A stretch of DNA of 64,000 nucleotides from Azolla caroliniana. Lineage: Eukaryota; Plantae; Polypodiophyta. The notes below the pieces were generated by a model. It had not been told where the DNA came from and did not search any database. It was given only the letters and a program-made list of their open reading frames with translations. A program made the translations under genes and the position numbers. Location of the stretch: positions 5,704,001 to 5,768,000 of the forward strand of contig JBHGNT010000015.1 of NCBI GenBank assembly GCA_043228905.1, in the 5' to 3' direction. Shown piece after piece: positions 1 through 12,682 of this stretch. Within the stretch, counting starts at the first letter, position 1; each line of letters starts with the position of its first letter.

Positions 1-732
1 GCACCAATCTTCAAACGGCCGACATCTTCACTAAAGCCTTAGGAGCCGACAAGCTGTGGCAATTCATGACCGATCTCGGATTGACGATCCCTGACCTGCC
101 AAGCTTGAGGGGAGTACTGAAGACACTATGCAATAAGCAGCGAAGAGCTGGTCTACCGCGTAAAGCCGCGAAGAAAGACGCAAGTCGAAGCGCAGACTTT
201 GCAACTACGCACAACGCAAGCTGGAGCACGGATTCCGCAACTCCGCATAAATGCGAGTCGACGTGGACTTCGGAACGCGAGTCGACGTGGACTTCGGAAC
301 GCGAGTCGAAGCGGATTTCGGATGCCGTCTGAAACCGACCCGACTTGAGCTTGAGGGGGTGTGTTGAGAATCAAGCTCAACTTGGTATAGTGTGTGAACT
401 CACCTTGAGAGTGAAGAGACACTCCAACGGTCAAGAGTCACCACTATGTCACCACTTTGTATTCTAGCATTTAGTATGAGTCATAGAATCATATTCTATG
501 ACACATAACTTATGAGCTTTCACATTCCCCATGCTCCATGAGAATTGTAGTTAATGAAGAGAGAGGATGACTATATAAAGCACCCTCCTCCCACTTTGTA
601 TAATGTTGAGTCCTTCTCCTTTGTCAATATACTTTTACCTTGCGTATTCCTTGTCTCTCTCTCTCTCTCTCATACACACACATAACTCATATCTCTTCCG
701 CTTCACAAGAATCCATCTCTTGATTCTTTACA
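1..732 (+). mobile_element. 3' end of a Ty1/copia element (RNase H end, 3' spacer, PPT, 3' LTR 362-732)
   Basis: Translates QTADIFTKALGADKLWQF (copia RNase H end). PPT TTGAGGGGGTG is followed by TGTTGAGAATCAAG...CTTTACA, the same termini as the LTRs at 37968-38352 and 58531-58814. TATA at ~571. Confidence 0.85.
253..322 (+). repeat. 24-bp tandem repeat (GCGAGTCGACGTGGACTTCGGAAC, about 3 copies) in the copia 3' spacer
   Basis: Direct reading of the sequence. Confidence 0.85.
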
Positions 733-848
733 AGAAGCAATAAGATAACATGTCGCATCAAATTGGGGCCATTCCATCCTTCTTCTCTTGCAACCTTATT
801 CACCACTTCTTCTAATTTATCAATACATAAGCCAAAGAGAAGGAGAGG

Positions 849-882
<34 letters not shown>

Positions 883-1104
883 AGAAAATGTAACTGTATT
901 CAAAATATAATTCTCTGTATGTTCTCTGCACATACTTGGTGCTTAGTGAGCACCTTTTATACAAGCCTTGACTATCGGGCTGACACAAGTACTTACAGTA
1001 CCCGACTGCTCATAAATGAGCATCCTACACTTACCCCCATAATTATTCCTTATGAGCAATAACATTCTAATGGCCTCTCGGTTTACATACTGTTACTGCC
1101 ATAT

Positions 1105-1660
1105 TTTGCGCACGATTTTATGCACCCAGGCTACGCACTAGGTTACACACCCGTTTATGCTCCCAATGTTGAGCTTGTCTCTCAACACTCCCCCTCAAGC
1201 TCAACTTGAGGTTTCATATGCTTCTCCGGATCTTTGCACCGGCCTCTCCTGGCTTCACGCCTTGCTCGCCCTCCTCGACCTGTTCGATTCCGCACGCTTT
1301 GACCCTTTCGGTCGGCTTGTCTGCTCATATGGCCTTTCTCAGCTCCCTTGTACTCGTGGTGTTGGCACCTCTTTCGCTACCCTTTGCACACGGTTTTATG
1401 CACCCAGTCTATGCACTGGGTTACGCACCCGTTTACGCTCCCAATGCTGAGCTTGTCTCTCAACACTCCCCCTCAAGCTCAACTTGAGGTTTCATATGCT
1501 TCTTTGGATCTTCGCTCCGGCCTCTCCTGGCTTCATGCCTCGCTCGCGCTCCTCGACCTGTTCGATTCCACGTGCTTCGACTCTTTTGGTCGGCTTGTCT
1601 ACTTATGTGGGCTTTCTCACCTCCCTTGTTATCGTGGTGTTGGCACCTCTTTCGTTGCCC
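1105..1660. repeat. 278-bp tandem duplication spanning the PPT/3'-LTR junction
   Basis: 1105-1382 resembles 1383-1660; CTCAACA-CTCCCCCTCAAG occurs at both 1181 and 1459. Confidence 0.9.
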
Positions 1661-2645
1661 TTTTCTCAGCTTGGCCCTCAGTTGATTCGGCGTATCTGAA
1701 TCGAACATTACAATTGAATCGAACATTTCTGATTCATTCCCACTTTCATCTGAATTGGTTGTCTCCAATTCGTCTTCTGTCTTCAGGCCCTTAACTACGT
1801 CCGACCATGTCTTAGCCTTGGCCTTTACGCCTTTCTTGGCTTTGTTTCCCCTTTTTTCAGCTATCTTCGGCTCTTCCCCATTTCACTCTTAGGCTTTTTC
1901 AGTCGGCTTGAAATTGAATTCTTCATCCGATTCGGCATCATGGTTACTACTGCTCCTTTCATGCTCCTGTTCTTGTTCCTGTGTCCCCCTCAAGTTCGGT
2001 GTGTTGAGGTGCTGCAAACAGCTCAACCAAGAATTGCCGTAACTTGTCGAGACCAAGGGGCTTGGTGAAGATGTCGGCAATATGCCGACCTGTCGGTACA
2101 TACGCCAGTTCGACTTCACCAGAGAGGACATGCTCGCAGACAAAATGGTAGTGCACCACAATGTGCTTGGTCTGAGCGTGGAATACAGGGTTTTTCGCAA
2201 GGTGGATGCTGTTGAGGTTGTCGCAATAGATTGTCGTTGGATCAGACACCTCTACGTGCAAATCCATGATTGTCGTTTCAGCCAAATGATTCGCACGTAG
2301 CGACAGTCGCCCCTCGATACTCGGCCTCAATGCTCGACATTGCTACTGTTGGCTGCTTCTTACTACTCCACACGATCGTCGCACTATCCGGATGTGGATC
2401 TATGATCGTGGGCATTTCCTGCCCAATCAGCATCCGTGTAGCCGACTAACTGTTCGGGTACGCCTGCACGATACAACAACGCCATGTCTTTCGTGCTGCT
2501 GACATATCGTAATATCCTTTGCGCGCACTGCAAGTGTTCGGTCGTGGGCTGTGAAATAAATTTATTGATCATTCCAACTAGATAGCTGAGGTTTGGCCGA
2601 GTGATCGTTATGTAGATGAGGTTTTCGACAATCTGTTGAAACCGT

Positions 2646-3441
2646 TGTCGAGGAAATCCTCGCGTGTTCGCGATGTCAAGCGGGACCACTGGGGTTCTGA
2701 ATCGGAAGGATTCAAGGTTTTTAGTAGCGTAAGTGAGAAAGTATTGAAGATAGATAGATGGATGAAGAGAGAGAGACTGAGAGATTTCAATAGAGATTGA
2801 ACCCTTGACTTTAGTTTTATGAGACAAAATACATCACCATTCGGAGAACTCAAATATTTGATTAAAAGTTTTTTTTTTTACTTACATCCCTTACCTCCCT
2901 TATACATGCCCAACTATAGGCTTTTATAGGTCTCTCCATGCAAAAACCATGGGCTAAACCCACGGGCTAAAACCTTGGGCTAAAACCATGGGCTAAAACC
3001 ACGAGCTAAAACCACGGGTTAAAACCACGGGCTAAAACCATGGTTTTGTGCCCACGGTTTCTATATCTTTGCTTCCTACAAAATACTGAATATGAAAAGA
3101 AAATATATAAATTCTAAAGCACTCGATAGTGGCTTTATTGGTAAGTTAATTTGTCTCCTATCTTGGAGGTGCAAGGTTCAAGCGTTGCTTCCACCCCTAT
3201 GTATGCACTTAAATGTTACTAGGGTTTAGTCTTATTTTTATATTTACAATTGAGCGCACATCACACGTGCAAATGTTTAACTTTACGTCTAGCTTTTCTT
3301 TTATGATTCTCATTTCAGTCCTATTTACAACAGGCTACCATATGCGTGTGGCCTTCACCCCTTTCACACGTGCACATTGCAGCTTCTGGAATTCGTTTGT
3401 TGCACACAATTTTCACACCGTTGCCGAAAATCTTCATGACA
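2646..3441 (-). mobile_element. Solo LTR of the tRNA-Trp-primed gypsy clade, with 4-bp TSD CCGT
   Basis: TGTCG...TGACA flanked by CCGT on both sides. Removing it restores the copia RT frame CDPTRFQQIVENLIY. Similar to LTR 25866-26510. Confidence 0.9.
2943..3060. repeat. 11-12-bp AAAACC(A/T)(C/T)GGGCT tandem array within the LTR
   Basis: About 8 units ending in the palindrome AAAACCATGGTTTT; related repeats at 26158-26255. Confidence 0.85.
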
Positions 3442-6092
3442 CCGTGTCGGGTCACACGCCTTTCCTGAATCTCGGCGAAGTTTTACGTTTCTATCCACAG
3501 GGGTTGAGATAGGCTTACAATCTGCCATCCCGAATTTGAAGAGCATATCTAACGCGTAATGATGCTGACTGACCAATCTGCCTTCAAGGGAACAGATCAC
3601 TTCGATCACGAGGAAGTAATGACGGTCGCCAAGATCCTTCATTTCAAACGATGCCACAAGCTGAGACTTTACGCGGCCAATTTCTTCTAGGTCGGCACCG
3701 ACGATGACTAAATCATCAACATAAAGTAAAAGACAAACCGGTCCATGTCGACCTTGCTGAACGAACAATGAAGAGTCTGACTTCGATGTCGTAAACCCCA
3801 TCCTATGCAACTGTGGCGTAATCTTCGCGTTCCAAACTCACGGGGCTTGCTTAAGGCCATATAACGCCTTCTTTAATCGACAGACTATCGAAGTGTTCTA
3901 TTCGAATAGAAATCACCTTGTGCACCTCTTCCTCAAGATCACCTTGCAGGAAGGCATTCTTTACATCCACCTGATGTAGATGTCACCCCTTCACCGCAGC
4001 TACGCCTAGCAGAACTCGCACGGTAGTCATCTTTGCGAATGGGGTGAAGGTCTCGTTGTAATCTACGCCATGCTTTTGCGCATAGCCTTTCGCAACCAAA
4101 CGGGCCTTATATCGATTGATCGAGCCTTTGGTGTTGTATTTTACCTTAAACATTCATCTACATTCGATCGACTTAACACCTTTAGGTGCGTCAACCAGGT
4201 CCCAAGTCTCGTTGTCCGATAATGCATCCATCTCTTCCTCCATCGCGGCATGCCAATTTGCGTAGCTCTCCGGCTCACGCACTTCCGCCACTCCCGTCAT
4301 GTACACATAATCATGCGCCATGTACTGATTATACCCGTACCTTTTGACGGGGTTCTTCCAGCGGGTAGATTAGCGTAATTCGTGAGTACCCGATTTAACG
4401 ACCTTTTTGATTGATTTCAACTCCTTCTGTGGAGGTTCCTTCCCGATTAGCCCGAAGTCAGATTCGCTCCGATCTGACTTGGCAATGCCGAAATCGAATT
4501 CCAACATTTTCTTCTTCCCTTTATCTTTATGCGTAAACCATTTCCTTGGTTCTTTACGTGGGGACAACATGGCTGAGTCTCCACTACTCGTCGACTCTTC
4601 ATTTGGTTAGCCATCTCAGCCCAACCCCTCATTCGGCCCACTTAGCCGAAATGAGATCGGACTCTCTGTCAGAGCTCTAATATCCTCATCACGCAGAGGC
4701 ATCTCAACCTCGCTGACCTCTTCTTCAGAATTCGGAATGGAATCATGAGCTATTGGAGGTGAAGGCAAGTAACACGAAACGGAGTCGTCGAACACAACAT
4801 CTCGGCTTACGCGAACTTCCTTTGTTCGAGGTTATAGCACTTATACCCCTTCTGATCGTCTGAATAGTCGACCAAGATACACTTCTCGGTTTTGGCATCC
4901 AGCTTCCTCCTCTTCTCCTTCGGCACATGCACATATGTAATGCTGCCGAAAATCCGCAAGTGTGCCATGTTCGGCTTCTTTCTGAAATATAGCTCGTGTG
5001 GCGACACTCCTCCATTAGTAGAGGTCTGATTCTGCAAATAAATAGCCATATTTACAGCTTCAACCCAGCAAAACTTCGGCGTATGCTTCTCTTCAAGCAT
5101 TACCCTAGCGGCTTCTTCGATTGTCCAATTCTTCTGCTCGACTACGTCGTTCTGTTATGGCGTGTATCTACACGAGAATTCATGTAGAATTCCTTCCTTT
5201 TGTAGATAACTCATGAACTGGTCGAAATAGTACGCCTTCCCGCGATCGGACCATAGAGATTTGATCTTACACCCTGTTTCGCTTTCTGCAAGGTTCTTTA
5301 CCTTCAGGAAACATGCGAAGACTTCGCTCTTCTTCGCGATTTACATGCCCAGGTATGCCGAGTGAAGTCATTGATGAAGCTTACAAATTAACGGCTTCCA
5401 TCAAGACTCACATTCTTTGTAGGTCCCTACACATCCAAATGGATCACATCCTACAGATTTCGACTACGATTATGCTCATTGGGGAATGGAAGTCGGTGGT
5501 ACATCCCGAGTTTGTAGGCTTCGCAGACTTGCCCATTATGGCTTCGAAATTTCGGCAAGCCGAAAACAATGTTCTTCTTCTGCATTTCACAAAGCCATGG
5601 AAAGTTAACGTAGTCGAACCGCTTATGCCACAGGTCAATGTCTAACTCGACCTTCTGTCCTCGAGTGAACAACGCGGTTCCGACTTGATTGGTGTCGAGG
5701 ATGAACATCCTCCCTTCACGGCACCCTTGTGCGATAACTTGGCCTTCCTCTTCGATGTAGCACCCAAGGTGCATGAATCAAACTTACATCCCCTGGTCGA
5801 CGATCTAACCGACTGACACCAAGTTCTTGGTTATTATCGAGACGTGCAACACGTTCATAAGTTTCCCTTTCTGCCCGACGTGGCTGAGAGGAACTTCTTC
5901 GACATGTTCAATGATATCAATAGTGTTGTCTCCCGTTTCAACCACTCCTTGTTTTTCCGGTTTCTCCAAGTATGAGAACCATTCCTCATGACTCGTCATA
6001 TGATTTGATGCTCCAAAATCAACATACCACACCTCACTCGATTTCGAGGTGTTCATGGCAATGGAATTTGCCTTGTGCTTCATTACGAAAGA

Positions 6093-6437
6093 TGTGCCTG
6101 ATCCATTTAAGACTCATTTAGATGGAACAAGAGAAAGATGAAGACCAAGAACTACTGAACCCTAAATCTAATGGTATACACTCCTAACTCAAAAATAGGC
6201 AACCCTTTTACAAGGGATCCTCCCTTCCTTTTATAGCACAAGGAGGGAGGTGCGTAACAATGTGGGATAAATCCCGATTTACATGGGATTCTCTGTCCCG
6301 ACTTGACTCCTACTCGGCGCCATAAAGGCACCCCTATTATTCACACGTGTTAACAAGGATAAGTGCACATGATGCACTCCGCCAATTCTTAGATGATATT
6401 CCCTGGTGGCTCACTATGGCCCGAAATCTTCACGACA
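6093..6437 (-). mobile_element. Partial LTR of the Trp-primed gypsy clade
   Basis: Shares CTCAAAAATAGGCAACCC...CTTTTATAGCA and the terminal AAATCTTCACGACA with LTR 28911-29627. Confidence 0.75.
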
Positions 6438-6587
6438 ATGCGTCCTTTGGCATCTTAGCATCCCGAATGTAGCTCAAGAGCTGGTCCCTCACACAGGATG
6501 TCAAGCAATTAAGAACTCTGCTTGCCGCTTGTTCCCAAGCCGAAAAATCTCTATGTGTCGATTCAGTGTTGCATCATTAGCCCCTTC

Positions 6588-7133
6588 TATTGGGAAATCG
6601 GTCCCTCCGGATGGGATCCGGCTATGAATGGAGAAGACCCGGTGAGAACCGGAAGAGATCCGGAAACCGGATCAGTGGATCCGGTGAGAGCCAGAAGTGA
6701 AGACAGATTTGTAAATATGTCTTGAGGAAGCCCAATAAGGCTATATTTGTAAATAGCCCTAAGTTCATATAAGTATAAATATGACTTAGGGCAATCACAT
6801 AGTCAATGTAGATTGTATCGTCATATTGTTCTATAGAGAGCGATAGAGAGAGAGAGTGTGTGAGATACGGAGAGATACTCTATTGTAACCGCCAGTTGGC
6901 GAAGATACAGAGCTCGAGGTTGTTGCCTCCGAGGCTCTTATTGTACCTTTCTTACAGTAGTGATAGTTGGAGTCCGTGGGCTCCCATGGTTTTTCCCTAT
7001 TTGGGTTTTCCACGTAAACATCTTGCGTTATTTCTGTGTACTCCCTTTTGTGTGCACGTCTATTCCCATTCCCGTGTTGCACTCCGTAGGAAGTGATTTA
7101 AGGCTTGGTTGTGGCCGACCAGTATTCCACGCT
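6588..7133 (+). mobile_element. Copia LTR (probably solo), related to LTRs at 15666 and 8974
   Basis: Starts (T)ATTGGGAAATCGGTCCCTCCGGATGGG and shares ATATTTGTAAATAGCCC and GGGTTTTCCACGTAAA; right boundary is approximate. Confidence 0.7.
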
Positions 7134-7134
7134 A

Positions 7135-7408
7135 TTCCTCTCACCTTCGACATAACTCCAGTAACCATGACCAAGCAGATACTGGTGCATCTTGAACGAT
7201 TACCGACTAACCGGCTGTAATCTTGATCATGAGTATATATATTTTGGCCTTATTCGTTGTTCGATCTTCGTTGTGAGGTCTCTACGTATTTGTGTGCGCG
7301 ACTCGGTCGTGGTTTCACGTCGCTCCTCCCTTTGTTCGGTTATTCCTTGGTTCAGGGCCCCCGCGGTCTAGCTTTGGTTTCTCCTGTGCGTGCAAACTAA
7401 ACACGACA
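7135..7408 (+). mobile_element. U5 end of a Trp-clade gypsy LTR
   Basis: Ends ...CACGACA with the clade's CCCC(G)CGGTC motif about 45 nt upstream; left boundary is uncertain. Confidence 0.5.
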
Positions 7409-7772
7409 TCAGAAGTACGAGAGTTCGGTAAAACACAGAAATCATAGAGAAGGAGAGGGAGAGACTGTGACTGAGAGAGAGAGAGTCGAAAACGTAACTA
7501 TATTCAAAATATAATTCTTTGTATGTTCTTTGTACATACTTGGTGCTCAGTGCGCACCTTTTATACAAGCCCTGACTATCGGGCTCACACAAGTACTTAT
7601 AGTACCTGACTACTTATAAATGAGCATCCTACTATTACCCCCAAAATTATTCCTTATGAGGAATAACATTCTAACGGCCTCTCGGTTTACATACCGCTAC
7701 GGCCATATTTTGCACACGGTTTTACGCACCCAGTCTACACACTGGGTTACGCACTCATTTACGCTCTCAACA

Positions 7773-8963
7773 TACATGCACTAGCCGGAAGGATTCATGG
7801 AGAAAGGTAAAGAGAACCTGGTATGACGATTAAGGAAGAGCTTGTACAGGTTGAAGCCAACACCTCGACGATGGTACCGAAAATTCGAATCTTTCATGAC
7901 CAACAATGGGTACCAAAAAATGCAGGCCAATCATTGCGTATTTGTGAAGAAATTTGACGGAGGAGATTTCCTCATCCTCTTGTTGTACATGGAAGACATG
8001 TTGATTGTTGGATGGGACCATACGAAGATCCGAGTGCTGAAGAAAGCCTCAAGCATATTGTTCTCGATGAAGGATATGGGTTCGTCAAAGCAAATCCTAG
8101 GGATGCATATTGTTCGGGATCGAACCAAGAAATTGTTGTGGTTGTCACAAGAAAAATACGTGACAAAGGTGCTCCAGACATTCAGCATGGAAAGCGCGAA
8201 ACCGGTCGGCTCGACACTGTCGACGAACTACAAGCTAAGCAAGTATCAATGTCCGAAATTGAAAACCGAAAAAGCCGAGATGTCGAAAGTCCCCTATGCC
8301 TTGGCAGTTGGAAGCTTGATGTACGCGATGGTTTGTACCAGGCCGGAGATTGGATACGTTGTTGTAGTAGTCAGCCGATATATGAGCAATCCTAGGAGAG
8401 AGCATTGGGTTTCCGTGAAGTGGATATTATGGTACTCGAGAAGCACCGAGAGTGTGTGTCTTCGTTTCGGCTTAGGAAACCCCACATTTGAAGGTTACAC
8501 GGATTCAGACATGTCGGTTGACGGAGATACAAACCGATCCACGTCCGGATACGTAATGACTTATGTAGGGGGAGTTGTTTCATGCCAATCAAAGCTACAG
8601 AAGGTCGTGGCACCATCAACCACGGAAGCTGAATATATGGCCGTAGCGGAAGCTGGCAAGGAAATCATATGGATGAAGGAGTTTATCGGTGAGCTGGGAA
8701 TTCGGCAAGAGGAATTCAAACTGCATTCTGATAACCAAAGTGCCATCTACCTTGTGAAAAATGCCGCCTACCACTTGAGGACCAAACACTTCGAGAGAAG
8801 ATATCATTGGCTCTGAGAGCGAGTAGAAGAAAATGAGTTTGCTCTAGTGAAGATCCAAACGACCAAAAATGGATTGGATATGCTGACGAAGGTGTTGTCA
8901 ACCGAAATGCTAAATGAGTGCCGATAGAGAGTCAGTTTGATGAAGTACCCCATGCCGGAGTGA
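7773..8963 (+). pseudogene. Copia (Tnt1/Tork-like) RT-RNase H pseudogene
   Basis: LLLYMEDMLIVG, VPYALAVGSLMYAMVCTRP, GYTDSDM, STTEAEYMA, DNQSAI, RTKHF. Confidence 0.92.
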
Positions 8964-8973
8964 AGGGGGAGTC

Positions 8974-9521
8974 TGTTGGGACACATATCCCTCCGCATAG
9001 GAAGAAGGGCCGTGTTGGTGAGTATCTCGGCCAAGGCTGAAACCGAAAGTGAAACTGAAATCGTAATCGAAAACCGAAATCGTTTGAGAATACTATAATT
9101 GTAAATAGTCTAAAATGACCTTGTGGGTTATACTTGTAAATAGCCAGAAAATTGCTTTTATTTATAAGCAACTAGGGCAAACTTTAGTAAGAGATGTAGT
9201 TAATCATTATTGAAAAAGTTAGAACGAGGTAGTTGCCTCTGTAACTGTGAGTGAGAGAGTGAGAGTGTAACTCTATACCCGTCTTTCCGACGAAGGAGAA
9301 CTCGAGGACGTTGCCTCTGAGTTCCGTATTTGTACTTCCTTTGTAGTATAGTGATTGGTTTTCTTGGGGTATGTGGACCCCCGTGATTTTTCCCAGTTCG
9401 GGTTTTGCACATAAAAGATCGGTGTCTCTGTGTCTGCACGTTTTTGTAGGTGTGTACTACTTTTTGTTCTCTACACACAAATACGAACGTGAAAACGGTT
9501 GTGGCTGATCGATTCCTAGCA
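8974..9521 (+). mobile_element. Copia LTR with a PPT upstream and a tRNA-iMet PBS downstream
   Basis: GAAGGGGGAGTC|TGTTGGG...CCTAGCA|AAG-TGGTATCAGAG (9525-9535). Confidence 0.88.
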
Positions 9522-9537
9522 AAGTGGTATCAGAGTG

Positions 9538-10573
9538 ATGGAAAAGTTGTTCAGCGGCATGTTTAAGCTAGCCGGCTCCAACTACTCAGTGTGGAAGTCG
9601 AAGATGAGAGTCATGCTCGTATGCAAAGACCTTTGGCTGCCGATGCAATTCGGAGATAAAAGACCAGACAAGATCAATGCCGCGACTTGGGAAGGTTTGC
9701 ATCTTAAGGCGGCCGCATATATAAGGTGATTTATAGACATGAGTCTATACAACAACTTTGGTGATGAAATAGAAGCAGGCGTCCTATGAAGAAGATCGGC
9801 GTCATGTTCGAAAACAAGAACATTGTGAACCGAGTCTCAGTATTTTGAAAAATGGTGAGGCTCTGGTATCAGGATGGTTCCAGTATGGCGGAGCACATAA
9901 ATGCCTTCCAAGGATTGATGAACGAAACCACCTCTCTAGAAGTACCTCTGGTTGAAGAGGTATTAGCATTGTTGTTGCTGGGATCCTTTCCAGACAGTTG
10001 CGAGATGCTCGTTTTCACTTTGGGCAACGCCGGGCCAGAATGGAAGCATCTATCCCTAGAGTAGGTGAAGTCGAGCTTGCTAAACAAAGAAGCTCGCCGG
10101 AAGGACCATGAGTCCAATTTCAGCCAGAAGGCCTTAGTCACTCAAGGTGACACGATTCGGGAAAGAGGCCGAAATCGAACTCCCGAGAACCGAGATAAGT
10201 TCGGGACTAGGTCAAAGTCGAGGGGGAGACCCAACTGTTTCTATTGTGGGAAGCCAGGGCACTTCCAGAAAAACTACCAACATTTTCGAAAGGAGAAAGG
10301 GGGAGTTGATGGTGTAGAGCCGAAGAAAATCCTGAACAGAGAGAACACCTCATGAATCGTTGCGAGTGAGGAGTTGTTGGTCATCAACGATCAATACGAA
10401 ATGAATCTCTTCGGAGAAGAATCGACATGAGTGGTCGATTCGGGTGCGTTATTCCACCTAAACCCTGACCGAAAGTGTTTCTCATCCTACAGAGGCGGAA
10501 ATCTCGGATCCATAAAGATGGGAAATGGAGCATGCTGAATCGTCGGCATTCGAGATGTGTGTTTGGAAACCTC
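9538..10573 (+). pseudogene. Copia gag-protease pseudogene, truncated by the tRNA-Gly array
   Basis: NYSVWKSKM, LLLLGSFPDS, zinc knuckle CFYCGKPGH, VVDSGA; in-frame stops. Confidence 0.88.
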
Positions 10574-10906
10574 AAGAAATCATAAAGACATGATGACGCA
10601 ATGCGTATAGGAATCCTAAACCTGAAAGTTACAACATTCTACATCTAGCATAGAATGTCCAGTACATGGAGAGCACTAAAGATTTCAATACACGAGCATT
10701 GTGTCAATCAAACCTAGAGAATTTTGATCACAACGAGGGTATGAAGGAGTTTTATAGCGAGGCAATCTAACAATGCACATATGAGTTTGTTGATGCGAAA
10801 AGTATGACCACAAGTTGCTAAACATCATAAAGACATGATGAAGTAAGTGATTCTTGTTTCATGATTTCTGTTATAGAAGATAGAAAAAATTTCACATATC
10901 ATACTT

Positions 10907-10977
10907 GCATTGGCGGTCTACTGGAAGAATAGTACCCTGCCACGGTACAGATGTAGGTTCTATTCCTGGCCAATGCA
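10907..10977 (+). tRNA. tRNA-Gly(GCC)-like copy 1, degenerate
   Basis: GCATTGG/CCAATGC acceptor stem and GTACC-CTGCCAC-GGTAC anticodon arm intact; D arm and T arm are mutated. Confidence 0.8.
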
Positions 10978-11400
10978 ATAAGCATGAATCGTAAACCTGA
11001 AAGTTACTATATATAGCACTCAAGATTCCACATCTTGTGATGAATGTCAAGCACATGGACAACACAAAATAATTCAATACATGGGCATTGTGTGAATCAG
11101 ATGTATAGAATCTTGGCCGCAAAGAATGCCAAGCACATGGAGAGCACTAAATATTTCTATACATGGGCATTGTCGGAATCAGATGTAGATAATGTTGGCC
11201 ACAACAAGGGTAGAAAGTAGTGTTATAGTAAGCCAAACAAAAAATGGACATATGAGTTTGTCTATGCAGACTTTCCTTAAGACAACCTTAGACAAGTATC
11301 CCCACAAGTTGCTAAAAATTATAAAGACTTGATGACGTAACTGGTTCTTGTTTCATTATTTGTCTTATAGAAGTTGAAAATATTTTAACATATCATACTT

Positions 11401-11471
11401 GCATTGGTGGTGCAGTGGTAGAATAGTACCCTGGCACGGTACAAACCCGAGTTTAATTCCCGGCCAATGTA
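11401..11471 (+). tRNA. tRNA-Gly-like copy 2 (pseudogene; anticodon reads GGC)
   Basis: 71-nt match to the tRNA-Gly pattern; B box is mutated (GTTTAATTCC). Confidence 0.75.
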
Positions 11472-11794
11472 ATGCGTATGAATCCTAAACCTGAAAGTTA
11501 CTATATATAGCACTCAAGATTCCACGTCTAGCTTAGAATGTCAAGAACTAAAAATTTCAATATACGGGCATTGTATAAATCGGGTCTAGAGAATGTTGGC
11601 CGCAACGAGGGTACAAAGAAAATTTATCGCAACCAATCTAACAATGAACATGTGAGTTTATTGATCCAAAAAGAATTTCCTTTAGACAAGTGTCGCCACA
11701 AGTTGCTAAACATCATAAAGAGTTGATGACGTAACTTGTTCTTGTTTTATTATTTTTCTTATAGATGAAGAAAATATTTTAACATATCATACTT

Positions 11795-11864
11795 TCATTG
11801 ATGGTCTAGTGGTACAATAGTACCCCGCTACGGTACAGACCCGGGTTGATTCCTAGGGAATGCA
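11795..11864 (+). tRNA. tRNA-Gly-like copy 3 (pseudogene)
   Basis: TGGTCTAGTGG A box present; 1-nt T-loop deletion and a mutated anticodon loop. Confidence 0.72.
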
Positions 11865-12208
11865 ATGCGTGTGAATCCTAAACCTGAAAATTACAACATA
11901 TAGCACTCAAGATTCCACGTCTAGCTTAAAATGTCAAGCACGTGGAATGCACTAGAGATTCAATACACAGACATTGTGTGAATCCGATGTAGTGAATGTC
12001 GGCCGCAACGAGGGTACGATGTAGTTTTATAGCGAGCCAATCTAGCAATGAACATGTGAGTTTGTTTACATGAAAATAATTTCCTTGAAACTACTTTACA
12101 CAAGTATATCCACAAGTTGCTAAACATCATATAGGCTTGATAACATAATTGGTTCTTGTGTCATTATTTGTCTTATGGAAGATGAAAATATTTTAACATA
12201 TCATACTT

Positions 12209-12277
12209 GCATTGGGTGTAGTGGTAGAATAGTACCCTGCCACAGTATAGGCCTGGGTTTGATTCCCAGGCAATGCA
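12209..12277 (+). tRNA. tRNA-Gly(GCC)-like copy 4 (pseudogene)
   Basis: CTGCCAC loop retained; 2-nt deletion near the 5' end. Confidence 0.72.
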
Positions 12278-12612
12278 ATGCTTATGAATTCTAAACCTGA
12301 AAGTTAGTACATATAGCACTCAAGATTCCACGTCTAGCATAGAATGTGAAGCCCATGGAGAGCAGTAAACATTTCAATACACGGGTATTGTCTCAATCAG
12401 GTCTAGAGAATGTTGGCCGCAATGAGGGTACGAAGCAGTTTTATTGCGAGCCAATCTAACAATGAACATGTGAGTTTATTGATCCAAAAAGAATTTCCTT
12501 TAGACAAGTGTCGCCACAAGCTGCTAAACATCATAAAGAGTTGATGACGTAACTTGTTCTTGTTTCATTATTTGTCTTATAGAAGATGAAAATATTTTAA
12601 CATATCATACTT

Positions 12613-12682
12613 GCATTGGTGGTCTAGTAGTAGAATGATACCCTGCCATGGTATAGACCTGGGTTGATTCCCGGGCAATGAA
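12613..12682 (+). tRNA. tRNA-Gly(GCC)-like copy 5 (pseudogene)
   Basis: GCATTGGTGGTCTAGT...CCCTGCCATGG...GGGTTGATTCCCGG. Confidence 0.72.

Larger units (their letters stand above)
1700..6090 (-). pseudogene. Copia pol pseudogene (protease, GAG-pre-integrase, integrase, RT, RNase H)
   Basis: WYVDFGASNHMT (PR), LWHKRF (pre-INT), WVEAVNMAIYLQN (INT), LLLYVDDLVI (RT), GYTDADWAG and ADIFTKPL (RH); multiple stops and frameshifts. Confidence 0.9.
850..7772 (-). mobile_element. Degenerate Ty1/copia element with nested insertions (3' LTR ~850-1187, 5' LTR ~7409-7772)
   Basis: The two LTR segments are similar. PPT complement CTCCCCCTCAAG at 1188. Minus-strand pol fragments lie in copia order (PR, INT, RT, RH). 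Confidence 0.85.

Noticed and set aside
10978-11400. tRNA-Gly-snoRNA dicistron like Arabidopsis tsnoR43
   Set aside because: No box C (RTGATGA) immediately after the tRNA and no convincing C/D pair with a terminal stem; an Infernal scan would be needed.
10907-12682. Functional tRNA genes or anticodon-switched tRNAs (GGC, GCT)
   Set aside because: Each copy has B-box or stem lesions and no terminator, so the changes look like neutral decay.
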